From positions 326,168 through 390,167 of the forward strand of contig CAWDSK010000009.1 of assembly GCA_963804995.1 (NCBI GenBank): DNA of 64,000 bases, written 5' to 3'. The notes under the pieces are model-generated. The model did not search any database and was not told where the DNA came from. It saw only the letters and a program-made list of their open reading frames with translations. The translations under genes and the position numbers were made by a program. The DNA comes from an uncultured Acidobacteriota bacterium. Lineage in GTDB: Bacteria > Acidobacteriota > Terriglobia > UBA7540. Below are positions 19,579 to 30,700 of this stretch, piece after piece (position 1 is the first letter of the stretch; every line of letters begins with the position of its first letter).

Positions 19579-19805
19579 GATAGTCACTCCTTCTGGCTCT
19601 AATCTGCCTCGGGGAGCGTCACAGCTTACCTTTCATCCGCTTCCCCCGCAGGAAGAAGGGCACGCCACGGGCCAACCTTGATATCTTCCAACATCTTGTT
19701 TATGAGTCTTTTACAGACATGGCAGGGTTGACCCCAGGGTTTGCGACCCCGCAAATCTTACGCGCGGCAGGTAAAAAATACGGGCGGGATTCACGGGTTT
19801 AAGCA

Positions 19806-21170
19806 TTATTTCCGCGTGATGGCCGCGGAGGCGGTTGCAGGCAGCAGTTCGATACCTCTCCCCCCCGTGAGGACTCGAAAGCGCAAGCCAAATATCGTCA
19901 TATGGCAACTGTCGGCCCATCGCGCACCCGCGGTTTGCTGGTAGGCAATGAAGACGGAACCGTCAGGCAACTGAACCCCTCGTGAATATCCATACACGGA
20001 AGGGTCTATAGAAAAACCGTAATCCGGCCCTGCGGCAAACCAAGTTTTTCCGCCATCGGGACTGAGAATAGCCCGGAGGCCACGCCTTTCCTGATTGTAC
20101 GAACCATGAACACAAAGCAATGTCCCGTCTTTCAGGGTGAGCAGCCAGGGGTCGAACATTCTGAACGGCAGGCGGACGGGATCCGTCCAGGTGTGTCCTC
20201 CGTCGCTCGACCAAGCGAGCGCGCCTTCCGGTCGGGCAACCATAATCAGCCGGCCATCCCGCAAAAGTGCGATGCTCGATTCATCGAGGTCATAATACGT
20301 CTTAAGGGTTCCTATGCATTTCCAGGTGTCTCCTTGGTCCTTCGATTGGAACACCCCAAACTGCAGCGCGTCGGGCTCGGGCTTTTTCGCGCTGCCTTCG
20401 GGCGTCCACAGTGTCGTCTTTTCTAATCTGAAATTTGGCTTTTCAGGGTCCAGCGGGTCATTGTTGCCATAGACGCAAACGAGGATGGACTTGTCCGGCA
20501 TCTCCAGCGGAGGACCATTCGTGGAGGTCCAGGTGAAAGGTCCGTTCAACCATCGGGGGTTTTGTTCCCATGTCTTGCCGTCATCGAACGAACGGATGAT
20601 TCCCGTTTGTTTGCCACCCCGCCCGTCGTAATCGAAGAGGCTGGCGACCAGAGTTCCATCGGACAACTGAAGTGGCGCAGGGGCACAGTCGTCATTGGGT
20701 GTGTCAATCATCAACTGAGGCGCCGACCAGGTGAGGCCATTGTCTTCAGAACGGATGATTTCCGCCCGGCCGCCCCGGGGAGCGTTGAAAGTCGATAAGT
20801 CAACGCCCGACACCTCCTCGAACAGTTCCCTAAAATCGCGAGGCAGGAGGATAGGGCCTGTGGGCGGCGATCCGTGCCAATACCCGGAAGAAAAGGTAAC
20901 CAGGAGCGCGCCCGCTTTGGTGTGCACAACTCCCGCCCACCCTACAAAACCCGCATAGCCGGGGTAGGGCTTGGGCTGGTTCATTCCGGGCCCGACCAGG
21001 ATGCGTCGGAATCGCGCGTAGGGGGTCTGCTCAGGGCTGACAACGATGGTAACGGTTGGCCGCGTAGCCGATGGTCTGCCGACCTCAGCGGCGGTGGCCG
21101 GAAGCCCCGCTGGCAGGCAGGTGAGTAGCACTCCGAAACCCACAGTGACAGCGAGTGCGGATAACCTCAT
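19806..21170 (-). CDS. BNR/Asp-box sialidase-like protein, secreted
   Basis: Five Asp-boxes: SEDNGLTW, SFDDGKTW, SKDQGDTW, SSDGGHTW, SPDGGKTW. Confidence 0.85.
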   Translation of the reverse strand: MRLSALAVTVGFGVLLTCLPAGLPATAAEVGRPSATRPTVTIVVSPEQTPYARFRRILVGPGMNQPKPYPGYAGFVGWAGVVHTKAGALLVTFSSGYWHGSPPTGPILLPRDFRELFEEVSGVDLSTFNAPRGGRAEIIRSEDNGLTWSAPQLMIDTPNDDCAPAPLQLSDGTLVASLFDYDGRGGKQTGIIRSFDDGKTWEQNPRWLNGPFTWTSTNGPPLEMPDKSILVCVYGNNDPLDPEKPNFRLEKTTLWTPEGSAKKPEPDALQFGVFQSKDQGDTWKCIGTLKTYYDLDESSIALLRDGRLIMVARPEGALAWSSDGGHTWTDPVRLPFRMFDPWLLTLKDGTLLCVHGSYNQERRGLRAILSPDGGKTWFAAGPDYGFSIDPSVYGYSRGVQLPDGSVFIAYQQTAGARWADSCHMTIFGLRFRVLTGGRGIELLPATASAAITRK

Positions 21171-21297
21171 TCTGATCCTCGATCAGCGGGTGAGGCAGCG
21201 CGGCGGAGCCGCAACCAAACGTGTAGGGGCTTGCGCCGTGGGGCACATGATGCCGCCCGCTATGCGGGCTTTCCAGCAACCCATTCGGCAATCCAAC

Positions 21298-23412
21298 CTA
21301 CTCCAACTTCTTGCGGCCCACGGCGAAGAGCGCCGCTGCCATCGCGAGGAAAATCAGCAGGCCGAAGGCGCTCGAGTTCGCGAGCCTGGGCCAAAGCCTG
21401 AGCCCGATAGCAGCTTTTTGATCGACTTCGAATCCTACCAGCGCAGCAAGAATCAGGCCGCCGATGGAGCCTCCGGCAATCAGCCCGGCCGCGAACAAGG
21501 CGCCGCTTGAAACTTCACCTTCCTGGCGCTTCGTGACGACCTGAAGCAGCCAATTCACCACGCCGCCTGCGAAGATCGGCGCGGTCGTGGAAATGGGCAA
21601 GTAGGAGCCGACCGCAAAAGCCAGAGATCGCACCCCGCAAAGCTCCAGGGTTACCACGATAAAAACGCCGAGTAATACCAGTCCCCAGGGGAGGCTTTGG
21701 CGCAGGATGCCATTGATTACCGTGCTCATCAACAGGGCCTGCGGCGCGGGCAAGCGCTCTGACCCGATGCCTTCGCGACGCTGATACCGGATGCTCTGCG
21801 CGGCGGGGTCGTAGAAGTAGCGGCCGTCCGGAATCCGGTGCGACCCGATGACGTTGATCAGTTGGTAGTTCTTGCCGTCCTCGCCGGTGACCTCACCCAC
21901 AACTTTCATTTCTGAGGTGAAGGGGACGTTCTCAACCACCAGTGGCTGGACACGCGTGTAGGCACGGTTGAGCAATACCAGCGTGAAGCCCACCACCAGG
22001 ACGGAAGTGAGCGCGCCCACAATCATGGCGATTTCCGCGCGGCGCGGTGTTGCGCCCACCAGGAATCCCGTCTTCAGCGATTGCGAAGTGGCTCCTCCTA
22101 CGGCCGCGGCAATACACACGATGCCGCCGATGGAGAGCGCCACGGCGGGATAAGCGCCGGACGTCCAACCGACGGCAACAAAGAGCAGAGCCGTCAGCAT
22201 CAAGGTCGCTATGGTCATACCCGAAATGGGATTGGCGGAGGCTCCGATCAGGCCGACGATCCGCGCCGACACGGTGACAAAGAGGAAACCGAAAATCACC
22301 ACCAGAATCGCAGCGATCAGGTTCCCGCCCAGATGCCCGGGATTGATACGCAGGGCAATCAGGCCCCAGACCACCAGCACCAGTAAAAACGAGCCACCAA
22401 AAATTACAGTGCCCGGCAGTTCTTCTTCGGTGCGGATGGCGGCAGGCCGCTCACCCTTCTCTTGTCTTAACTGGCGGATCGAAGTCCGCAGTGCCCGCAC
22501 AATCGTCGGCACGGTGCGGCCGAGGGTGAAGAGTCCGGCAGTAGCCACGGCGCCCGCGCCAATGGGTTTGATGTAGGCGGCCCATACCGCGAATGCGTCC
22601 ATGTCGTGGATGGGAATCGTGCCGGGGAAAATTGCTCCGGGCAGGCCGCCACCGAAGAATTTGATCATGGGGATGATCACGAGCCACGAGAGCACACCGC
22701 CCCCGAAGATCATTCCCGCGGTGCGTGGTCCGATGATGTAACCGACACCCAGGTACTCAGGCGTCACCGAGCCTGCCAGCGTGGCCCCGGGGAACCACCC
22801 CGGTTGATAGATGGGTTGAGGCTGCCAGAAGCGTCCGGCCTCGTTGAGCAGCTTATAAGCCAGACCGAGGCCGAAGCCGCCAAACACCTTGCCGGCAAAA
22901 CTGCCGCCCTTTTCGCCGGCGATAAGGACGTTGGCGCAGGCCGTGCCTTCAGGATAAGTCAGCGCTCCGTGCTCCACCACGTTCAACTGATGCCGCAACG
23001 GGATCATGAAGAGGATGCCGAGCAGTGCCCCCACCAGCGCCAACACCAACACGCGCGGAATCTCCGGCAAATCGAGGGAGTAACCCAAAAAAATCAGGGC
23101 GGGCAGGGTGAAGACGACACCCGCCGCAATCGATTCACCGGCGGAGCCCGCCGTCTGCACGATGTTATTTTCGAGGATGGTGGACTTGCCGATCCACTTG
23201 AAGATGCTGATAGAGAGCACCGCGACGGGAATCGAGGCGCTGACCGTCAACCCCGCCGTCAGGGCAAGGTAAACCGTGACCGCGCCGAAAACCACTCCCA
23301 GCAAGGCGCCCAGGATGATGGCTCGCGCGGTTAATTCGGGGATTATAACTTCAGGGGGAATGTAGGGACGGAACGTGATTCCCTGTGGTTTATCGGAGGA
23401 TTCAGCAGCCAT
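21298..23412 (-). CDS. OPT family oligopeptide transporter
   Basis: ELTARA, ENNIVQT, YPEGTAC, NPISGM and LPAPQA motifs; many TM segments. Confidence 0.93.
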   Translation of the reverse strand: MAAESSDKPQGITFRPYIPPEVIIPELTARAIILGALLGVVFGAVTVYLALTAGLTVSASIPVAVLSISIFKWIGKSTILENNIVQTAGSAGESIAAGVVFTLPALIFLGYSLDLPEIPRVLVLALVGALLGILFMIPLRHQLNVVEHGALTYPEGTACANVLIAGEKGGSFAGKVFGGFGLGLAYKLLNEAGRFWQPQPIYQPGWFPGATLAGSVTPEYLGVGYIIGPRTAGMIFGGGVLSWLVIIPMIKFFGGGLPGAIFPGTIPIHDMDAFAVWAAYIKPIGAGAVATAGLFTLGRTVPTIVRALRTSIRQLRQEKGERPAAIRTEEELPGTVIFGGSFLLVLVVWGLIALRINPGHLGGNLIAAILVVIFGFLFVTVSARIVGLIGASANPISGMTIATLMLTALLFVAVGWTSGAYPAVALSIGGIVCIAAAVGGATSQSLKTGFLVGATPRRAEIAMIVGALTSVLVVGFTLVLLNRAYTRVQPLVVENVPFTSEMKVVGEVTGEDGKNYQLINVIGSHRIPDGRYFYDPAAQSIRYQRREGIGSERLPAPQALLMSTVINGILRQSLPWGLVLLGVFIVVTLELCGVRSLAFAVGSYLPISTTAPIFAGGVVNWLLQVVTKRQEGEVSSGALFAAGLIAGGSIGGLILAALVGFEVDQKAAIGLRLWPRLANSSAFGLLIFLAMAAALFAVGRKKLE

Positions 23413-23527
23413 GTTAGTCTCCTGGAGGAGTAACCGAATCCAAAGCTCTGCACTTTGTCGTGACATGCCTCGGGCGGAGCATCAACCAGCCGCCGTTCAG
23501 AGGACCTGTCTTCTCTCACCTTCCTGG

Positions 23528-23977
23528 TCAGCCACCCAGCTTGGCCCGAACTTTTTCACTCACGCGTTTGCCGTCAGCATTCTTTCCCGCCAGCTTTGCC
23601 ATGGCCGCCTTCATGACCTTACCCATGTCTTTCGCAGTACTGGCGCCGGTTTCGGCGATGGCAGCCCCCACGGCCGCATCGATATCATCATCACTGACGG
23701 CGGCGGGGAGGTAGGCTTCCACAATCTTGATCTCAGCTTCTTCTTTATCCGCTAGGTTGTCTCTGCCGCCTTTGCGAAAAGCCTCAACCGACTCATGGCG
23801 TTGCTTCGCCAAAGTGCGCAGAACTGCCAGCGCTTCCGGGTCCTCGAGAGCTTTGCCCAGCTCGACTTTCTTATTCATCAGAGCGGCTTTTACCATGCGC
23901 AGCACGGAAAGCTTCAGGGCCTCCTGCGCCTTCATGGCCGCCACCAGATCCTTCTCAATCTTTTCAGCGAGTGACAT
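23528..23977 (-). CDS. GatB/YqeY domain protein
   Basis: AAMKA..LRMVK, KQRHES..F..GGR, YLP and DMGKVM motifs. Confidence 0.93.
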   Translation of the reverse strand: MSLAEKIEKDLVAAMKAQEALKLSVLRMVKAALMNKKVELGKALEDPEALAVLRTLAKQRHESVEAFRKGGRDNLADKEEAEIKIVEAYLPAAVSDDDIDAAVGAAIAETGASTAKDMGKVMKAAMAKLAGKNADGKRVSEKVRAKLGG

Positions 23978-24078
23978 CGTAAATTATCCTTTGCGAAATT
24001 CTCCGCGACTATACCACAAAGCACTCGCAGTGAAACCTGGCTTCAGGCGAGAGTTGGAGTTCGCTGACCGCAGTCTGC

Positions 24079-24169
24079 GGTAGTGACGCATTTTGAGGTG
24101 CCACGGACGTTCCCGCCCGTGTCCGGTCACGGCCAAGATGGCCGTGCCACCTCAAAATGCGTCACTACC
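24079..24169. mobile_element. 91-bp MITE with 22-bp TIRs and 8-bp TSD
   Basis: TIR GGTAGTGACGCATTTTGAGGTG; CAGTCTGC at 24071-24078 and 24170-24177. Confidence 0.85.
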
Positions 24170-24265
24170 CAGTCTGCGACAGGATTGACAGGAGGGGGTG
24201 CCCGTGCAAAACTATAGCTTGCCTGGAAGGATAAGGTTAACTCCCCCCGGCAAAGCACACAGTGT

Positions 24266-24342
24266 GCGCCCGTAGCTCAGCTGGATAGAGCACTTGCCTA
24301 CGAAGCAAGGGGTCGGGTGTTCGAATCACCCCGGGCGCACCA
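24266..24342 (+). tRNA. tRNA-Arg(ACG)
   Basis: 77-nt cloverleaf: GCGCCCG/CGGGCGC acceptor stem, CTTGC-CTACGAA-GCAAG anticodon arm, GTTCGAATC T-loop and encoded CCA. Confidence 0.97.
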
Positions 24343-24356
24343 TTCTTTTCAATGAT

Positions 24357-24545
24357 TTAGCTCGATAAGACTCCCTCAGAAAAGGCCTTTGTGACGTGGT
24401 TTGTGACATAACCACCCGGAAACTGGTCTGTTTTCGTGGTCATGCGGGCTTCCACGGCTGCACGGCGGGCCGCAAGTTGAGGGTGGGAGTAATGACGGGT
24501 CGTGGCGGGGTCAACGTGTCCCGCAACCTCACGAATGACGCCGGG
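24357..24545 (-). pseudogene. C-terminal remnant of a tyrosine integrase
   Basis: VIREVAGHVDPATTRHYSH matches the box II GH...TT..Y motif; it converges on the tRNA 3' end. Confidence 0.7.
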
Positions 24546-24617
24546 AAGCTTGGCAAACACTCTGAGGCGGCGAAGATTGAAAAGTTGTAGAATAGGGTGC
24601 AATTAGAGGAGGCCTCT

Positions 24618-25118
24618 ATGAAAGCCCCAAGGCGAGGCACTATGAAACGGATTTCGTCGGCCTTGGTGGTGTTGTTCTTTGCAAGTGCGGCACTGCCGAA
24701 GGAAAACCCACGCATCACTATTCAAGTCGTTGGATCGCAGACGAACGAACGACGGTACACCAACACCACACCGGGACCTGTCATAACATCCCAAACGACC
24801 TGCAGCCCCAACCGGAATGGCTCCGTTACCGGCCCCATCATTGATCCCGCCAGCACCACGCTCTGTGCTACCACATCCCAGACCGGCGCCCCGCCGGTGA
24901 CCCTTGTAAATTCCATAAAGGAAGAACATGTGCGAGCGATTATGCCCGACGGGGCGCACGTAACGCTATGGTGCGAAGGGGGCGTCCGTAGGTGCGACTC
25001 GCTGCGACCGGGGAACTACTCCGCTGAAGTCAAAGGCAACACGGTCTGGATGTACCCTCACGATCCGTCGGGTAAGGAGCACAAAATTAAGTACAAGGCG
25101 TTGCGTGGTGATTGGTGA
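24618..25118 (+). CDS. Small secreted hypothetical protein
   Basis: GAGGAGG RBS, signal-peptide-like segment and four Cys. Confidence 0.65.
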   Translation: MKAPRRGTMKRISSALVVLFFASAALPKENPRITIQVVGSQTNERRYTNTTPGPVITSQTTCSPNRNGSVTGPIIDPASTTLCATTSQTGAPPVTLVNSIKEEHVRAIMPDGAHVTLWCEGGVRRCDSLRPGNYSAEVKGNTVWMYPHDPSGKEHKIKYKALRGDW

Positions 25119-25264
25119 TACGGAGTCTTGCCAGAATGGCCCCGCCGTTGTGCGCAATTGGCCCAGTTTCAATAACTTAGTAAATCTGGTTCGCCGCAAG
25201 AGTAGTTGCGTGGATTTCAAAGGGTCTCAAGCCAATCACCCTTGGTTCCCTCCAGCGGCTCCTC

Positions 25265-26344
25265 TTAGTTGCTGCTCAGGATGACGGCTCTTGCCAGGTT
25301 TCGTGGGCTGTCAATGTCGTACCCCTTTTTCAGGCCGGTGTAGAAACCCAACAACTGGCAGGTTACGAGGTAGCCGGCGGCCCGGACAGATTCGGGGGCG
25401 TCCAGGTTGAGCTCCACCAGGAAATCCGCGTTTTCCCGGGTGGCGGCATCTGCCTGGTTCGTGATGACGAGCGTCGTGGCGCCGAGACCTTTAATTTCCT
25501 CCAGAACTTTCCGCTCCTCCTCGTATGCTGACTCCGAGAGAAGAAATGTGACGAGGATCTCCGGACCTGAAATCGCTTTCGGGCCGTGGCGAAACTCCAG
25601 GGTATGGAAGACCTGCGCGTAGGAACAGGACATCTCCTTGATCTTGAGTTGGCCTTCGGAGGCAATGCCGAATAACGGTCCCTGGCCGAGGAAGACATAG
25701 TCTGCAAAGGTCCGGACTTGCACGAACCCACGGATTCTCTGATCCACTGAATCAAGAACACTCTGCACGCCTTGGGGAAGCCTGCGTAGCCCGTTGGCAA
25801 CGTCTTTCCGGTCGGCAACCAACGCCGCCAGCGATTGCGACCCGAGCAACATCGACGTGAAGGAACGAGTCATCACCACGCTTTGTTCGTCGGCGGGCAG
25901 AAGGTGGAGCGTGGCTGACGCGATCGCTTCGAGCGGTTGGTGCGGGGCACAGCTAATGGCCAGGGTCCGGATGTCCCTTCCCTTCTCCAGATATTGAGCG
26001 GCGCGAACCACCTCCGAAGACTGACCGGAACGTGACACCAGGACGGGCTGGCACTTTGCGGTGTCGGTCAAGACAAGGTCCGGGAAGAGAAGAAGTTCTG
26101 AAGCAGGGACGGCCCGAGCCCGAGTTCCCGTGATCATCTGCCAACTGGCTGCGGCTGCCAGTGAAATGTAATAGCTCGACCCGCAACCAATGAAGAGACA
26201 CTCCACATCCTTGTGGAAAAGTTGCCCGACCTTCTCCAATTGGCCGCTTTCATCTAAGGTTTTGAAGCATTCTTCCCAGCAGCTCGGCTGAGAAAGGATC
26301 TCCTCTTGCGTCTTCGCTCCTGGAACTTCATGTGAAAATCGCAT
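25265..26344 (-). CDS. Double-SIS-domain sugar-phosphate isomerase/deaminase (AgaS/GlmS-C-like)
   Basis: EILSQP, GCGSS, SRSGQS, VMTRSFTS, LKIKE and EFRHGP motifs. Confidence 0.9.
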   Translation of the reverse strand: MRFSHEVPGAKTQEEILSQPSCWEECFKTLDESGQLEKVGQLFHKDVECLFIGCGSSYYISLAAAASWQMITGTRARAVPASELLLFPDLVLTDTAKCQPVLVSRSGQSSEVVRAAQYLEKGRDIRTLAISCAPHQPLEAIASATLHLLPADEQSVVMTRSFTSMLLGSQSLAALVADRKDVANGLRRLPQGVQSVLDSVDQRIRGFVQVRTFADYVFLGQGPLFGIASEGQLKIKEMSCSYAQVFHTLEFRHGPKAISGPEILVTFLLSESAYEEERKVLEEIKGLGATTLVITNQADAATRENADFLVELNLDAPESVRAAGYLVTCQLLGFYTGLKKGYDIDSPRNLARAVILSSN

Positions 26345-26540
26345 ACGGAAATCCCTCCCCTCATTTACATCCAACAGGCAGATTTATGACTTCCAAAAAC
26401 ATGACGTGACGGAGCAGCACGTACCTGTCCCCGTCTTGCTTGCCCCGTCTTTCTCGTAATCGAGTCTTGCGTTTTGACTTCCCTTTGCGGCTCTGCCACC
26501 TTGTGCTACCTGCTTTAGAGGCTGGGAATTCGAGCCTTCC

Positions 26541-27476
26541 TTATCTTTCAGTCCCCAGACGTTTATAGGCCGGTGGGTAACGAGTCGGAAGGCCGTAAAC
26601 CGGATTCCACTCATTCCTCACCTTGCGTAGAGCCGTAAGGTTCAGGCCGCCCACCAAAACACCCTCAGCCTTATCGAGTTCGTCTTGCGTTGACCCGTCG
26701 AAGTCGATGATGGAACTGGTTCCGGAGTTGCGGGGAGCCCCGTAGTTCACGCGGACGATATAGACGCGATTTTCAAGCGCGCGGGTTTGGTACAAGTGCA
26801 CGAGGAGAGGTCGAGAAAAATCGTTAGTGCAATACGGATTGAAGACAATCTCGGCGCCTCCCAAGGCGAGCTCAAGGGTGGCCTCTGGATGCTGAATGTC
26901 GAAACAGATCTCTATCCCAATCTTCGTCCTTACCCCGCCAATTTCAACTTCCCAAACAGGAAAACCATCGCCATGGTTCACCCCCGAGGCAAGCATCCAG
27001 TTCTGCAGATGCACCTTGCTGTAGGTGCCCACGATCTCTCCTTGAGGATTCATGAGAATCGCGGTGTTGAACAACTTCCCCCCGCGACTCTCATCCATTC
27101 CCAAAACAATCCAGATGCCCAGTTCTTTGGCAAGGCCGGCGAAGCGGTTGGTGGCAGGCCCAGGAATCGTCTCCGCAGCCGCCAGGATTTTCGCGCGCTC
27201 GGCGACGATCTGGGGTGTGTCCGTGGGAGTGTCCGGAGGCAAATCAACCCTTGCGTACCCCTGAACGGCTGCTTCCGGCGTGCATACGATCTTCGCTCCC
27301 CGGTGGGCAGCCTCCCTGATCAGTTTCTCTGCTCGTTCAAGGTTGTATTGTTTATCGTAGACCCGTGCGTTCATCTGGATCAGGCCGACCTGAATAATCT
27401 CATCAGCCTTCGTCTCTGGCGGATTCGCTACCGTGAGCAACAACACCAGAGCAGCCAAGATGAACGGTCGATGCAT
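26541..27476 (-). CDS. Carbon-nitrogen hydrolase (nitrilase superfamily) with signal peptide
   Basis: E-K-C triad in CTPE, YSKVHL and EICFD. Confidence 0.9.
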   Translation of the reverse strand: MHRPFILAALVLLLTVANPPETKADEIIQVGLIQMNARVYDKQYNLERAEKLIREAAHRGAKIVCTPEAAVQGYARVDLPPDTPTDTPQIVAERAKILAAAETIPGPATNRFAGLAKELGIWIVLGMDESRGGKLFNTAILMNPQGEIVGTYSKVHLQNWMLASGVNHGDGFPVWEVEIGGVRTKIGIEICFDIQHPEATLELALGGAEIVFNPYCTNDFSRPLLVHLYQTRALENRVYIVRVNYGAPRNSGTSSIIDFDGSTQDELDKAEGVLVGGLNLTALRKVRNEWNPVYGLPTRYPPAYKRLGTER

Positions 27477-27740
27477 ACGGGCCTCCTGGAATTCTCTCTC
27501 CTTGAGCCTAGTACACCGGGATTCCGGTGGAATCTATGTCCAGGACCGTCCGGTTCCCTAAATCCCTCCTTTCCGCTCTCCCGATCAGTGCGTGATTGAC
27601 CGGAGACCACCTGAGCACCCTTCAGGAGAGGGGAAGGATTGGGTCGGGCCCCGCCCTCCCCTCACCTTCCCCACCCGCTGCATTCCAGTGCAAACTGCTC
27701 GGAAATCTTTAACTAGGTTCGTCGATATCCGAGCTGCCAA

Positions 27741-30700
27741 TCAGAAAATGAACCGCAAACCAAACTGCAGTTGGCGTGGACTGAGCAGCGTGCCCGTGGA
27801 AACACCAAACCCCGACGAAGCCAATGTGGTGCCGGGAGCAGAAAAAGCATGCTGATTCAGGATATTGAAAAACTCAGCCCGGAACTCCATTTGGGTGCGC
27901 TCAGTAATGTGAGTATCCTTCATAAGGGATATGTCCGCATTACTGTAGCCACTCCCGCGGAAAGTATTGCGCCCGAGGTCTCCGGGATGCGTCTGCACCG
28001 TCTGGCCGTTAAAGTTTACCAGCGGTACTCCAAAGTATGTCTGCCAGTTGCTAATCACATCATTCGAAAAATACTGCTGTTTCGGCCCCTGCCCCCCGAA
28101 GTTCCGGGTTGGAGCTTGCAACATATCCGGCCTGGTGTCCCCACCGTTATAGTCGTCGATGCCGTATTGAGCGGTCCCATAGGGCGTAGTAATCGTGAAG
28201 GGGAAGCCGGAATTGGCGGTAATGATTCCCAATAACGCCCACCCTTGGCGTAACCGCTTGGGCAGAGACTGTACTCTATCGAGCGGAATCTGATAGTTGA
28301 AGTTCGCGACGAACCTCTGTGCCGCGTCGAACGAAGCCGCACCTTTTTCGCATCGGAAGCAGGTTGGGTCGTTCAGAGATTGTGCGGAATTTGCGAGGTT
28401 GCCCGCGTTCTCCACACTGGTCGCGTTGTCGATCGCTTTCGAATAGGTATAGGACAGTTGGAAAACCATGCCGGCCGAGGGCACTGTCTTCCGAAGCGAC
28501 AACTGCAGAGAATTGTAGGTCGAGTGCCCGTGATTGTCGGTCACCATGACTTCACTCAGATTGGGAGAAACGGCACTGAGTGGAGCATATTGCGGCATCG
28601 CGCCGTCATAACCGTTGGGGTACTCAGAGGCGAAAAGCCCAACCGCGTTGTTCATTACATAACCGACTTGAAGCACCGTATCACGTGCCAATTCGCGCTC
28701 CAGAGTGAAATTGCCGCTCATCCCGTAACCATTGTGAAAGCCGGTTGACGGGCCATTTTCCTCCATGCCAGGGTCTGGGGTAAGGTCGATGGGAGTGTTC
28801 ACAGGGACGCTGCTGGTACCGTTCCCCGGCGGCAAGACTTGGCCGATCAGATTCGTTAGCGGGGTATTCGGGAGTGGCAGTGGGGTGGCCGAGAAAGGCC
28901 GATTGAATACTGTAGACGATCCTGCAAACGGGAAATTGAACCCGTGCTGGTCCGCTTCCTGCTCCAGGGGGAGGAGGGTGAAGATACCGAAACCACCGCG
29001 CACGACCGTTTTCGGCATAACCTTCCAGGCGAACCCAAACCTCGGGGCCAAGCCCCTGTAATCTTTCCGGTATAGAGGAGAGGGATTCACTACATAATTC
29101 CCGAACAGCGGGGAAGCCGGGTTGTCTTCTACCGTGGCGATACGGCCGTGGGTCTCCCACGGAACGCCGTTATATTCATATCGAATACCCAGATTGAGTG
29201 TCAGGGATTGGGTCAAGCGAAAATCATCTTGCACCCACCCGGACCAGTTGGCTCGTCGCAGTGAAAATGGCGCATAGCCGCCACCCGCCGGCCCAAAACC
29301 AGGATAGGCGACCGTGCGCCCGTAAGTTTGGCTGGCGCCCTCCATGAAGCTAACCAAAGAGTTGGGACTGGGAGCGCCAATTGCTAAATCGTTGTTCCCA
29401 CTTGCCGAAGGGACGGCCACGGGCAACAGTGTTCCTTGCGCGAATTTGAAGGCGCCGTTGTCACCTCCATTTCCTGCCGTGCCCCAATAACTTGCATTCA
29501 TCTTGCGATATTCACCGCCGAGGTTAATGCTGTGCCTTCCCTTCGACCATGAAAGGCGGTCTTTGACGATGAAGGTGAGGGGTTCCAAACTGTATCCTCC
29601 GCTATACGGCCCCCACGTTGACAGTGCTCCATCCGCAAAACCAACCTGGGTGAGGTCGGATTGCCGCGGGGAGCTCTCCTCGTGGGTCCGCATGAAGCTG
29701 ACCTCCAGAATATTCAGCAGGGTCGGGGTAAATGTATGAGTCTCGGACACCCCGGAATTCAGCCAGTCATTACGAAGGAAAGCTGAGAAGGTGGGGTCCA
29801 GAATGGCCAGGCCCACATTACGGTACGGTAGGACGTTATCTTCATTGCTGAACCGGAAGAAAAGCGAGTCCTTCTCTGAAATATGTTCATCCACACGGAT
29901 CGAATATTGATGCCGGTTCGTCGGTGAACTGAACTGTTCCAGGAACGTACGAGGCCCGTACGGTCCACTCGGGTCATTGGGTTGCGGATACTTGTTCAGG
30001 ATGTTGGACACCGCCGGCACTACAGGCACATGTAATGTGTCCGCAACACCGCCTGTCCCGACGATACTCACCAGGCCCTGTCGTTCATCTGCCGTCGGTA
30101 CCGACAGGAAGTTAGGCGCGGCCTGTCTTTCCCGAAGGTAAGCCTCCTGGAAAAAGAAAAATGTCTTGTTCCGGCCGTCATAGACGTGCGGAATATAAAC
30201 TGGCCCACCCACGGCCCCTCCGAATTCATTTCTTCGGAAAGGCGGGTTTTTCGTTGAGAAGAAACTTCGTGCATCGAATACATCATTGCGCACGAACTCA
30301 AAAAGCGAGCCGTGCAGTTGATTGGTGCCGGTTTTCGTGACAATCTCCTCGATCAGACCTGCCCCGCGGCCATATTCGGCGGAGTAGTTATTTTGCAGCA
30401 CGCGGACTTCAGCTATCGCGTCCAGATTGAAATTCGTGAACTGACCGCCGCCCAGCTCGTTGTCGGTCGAGTCCATGCCATCCAGATAGCCCGCCCCCGT
30501 GGTTCCCCGGTTGCCGTTTCCCGAGGGTGTGCTATTGAAGTGGAACGTGCCATTGTTTTCTGCCTGTATGCCCGGCAGCATGAGGACAAGATTGCTGACG
30601 TCGCGTCCGTTGAGCGGAAGCAGGTTGACTTGACTTCCCTGCACCACGCCACCCAGCGCCCCGCTGGTCGTATCGAGGACGGGAGCCGTGGCCGTAACCT

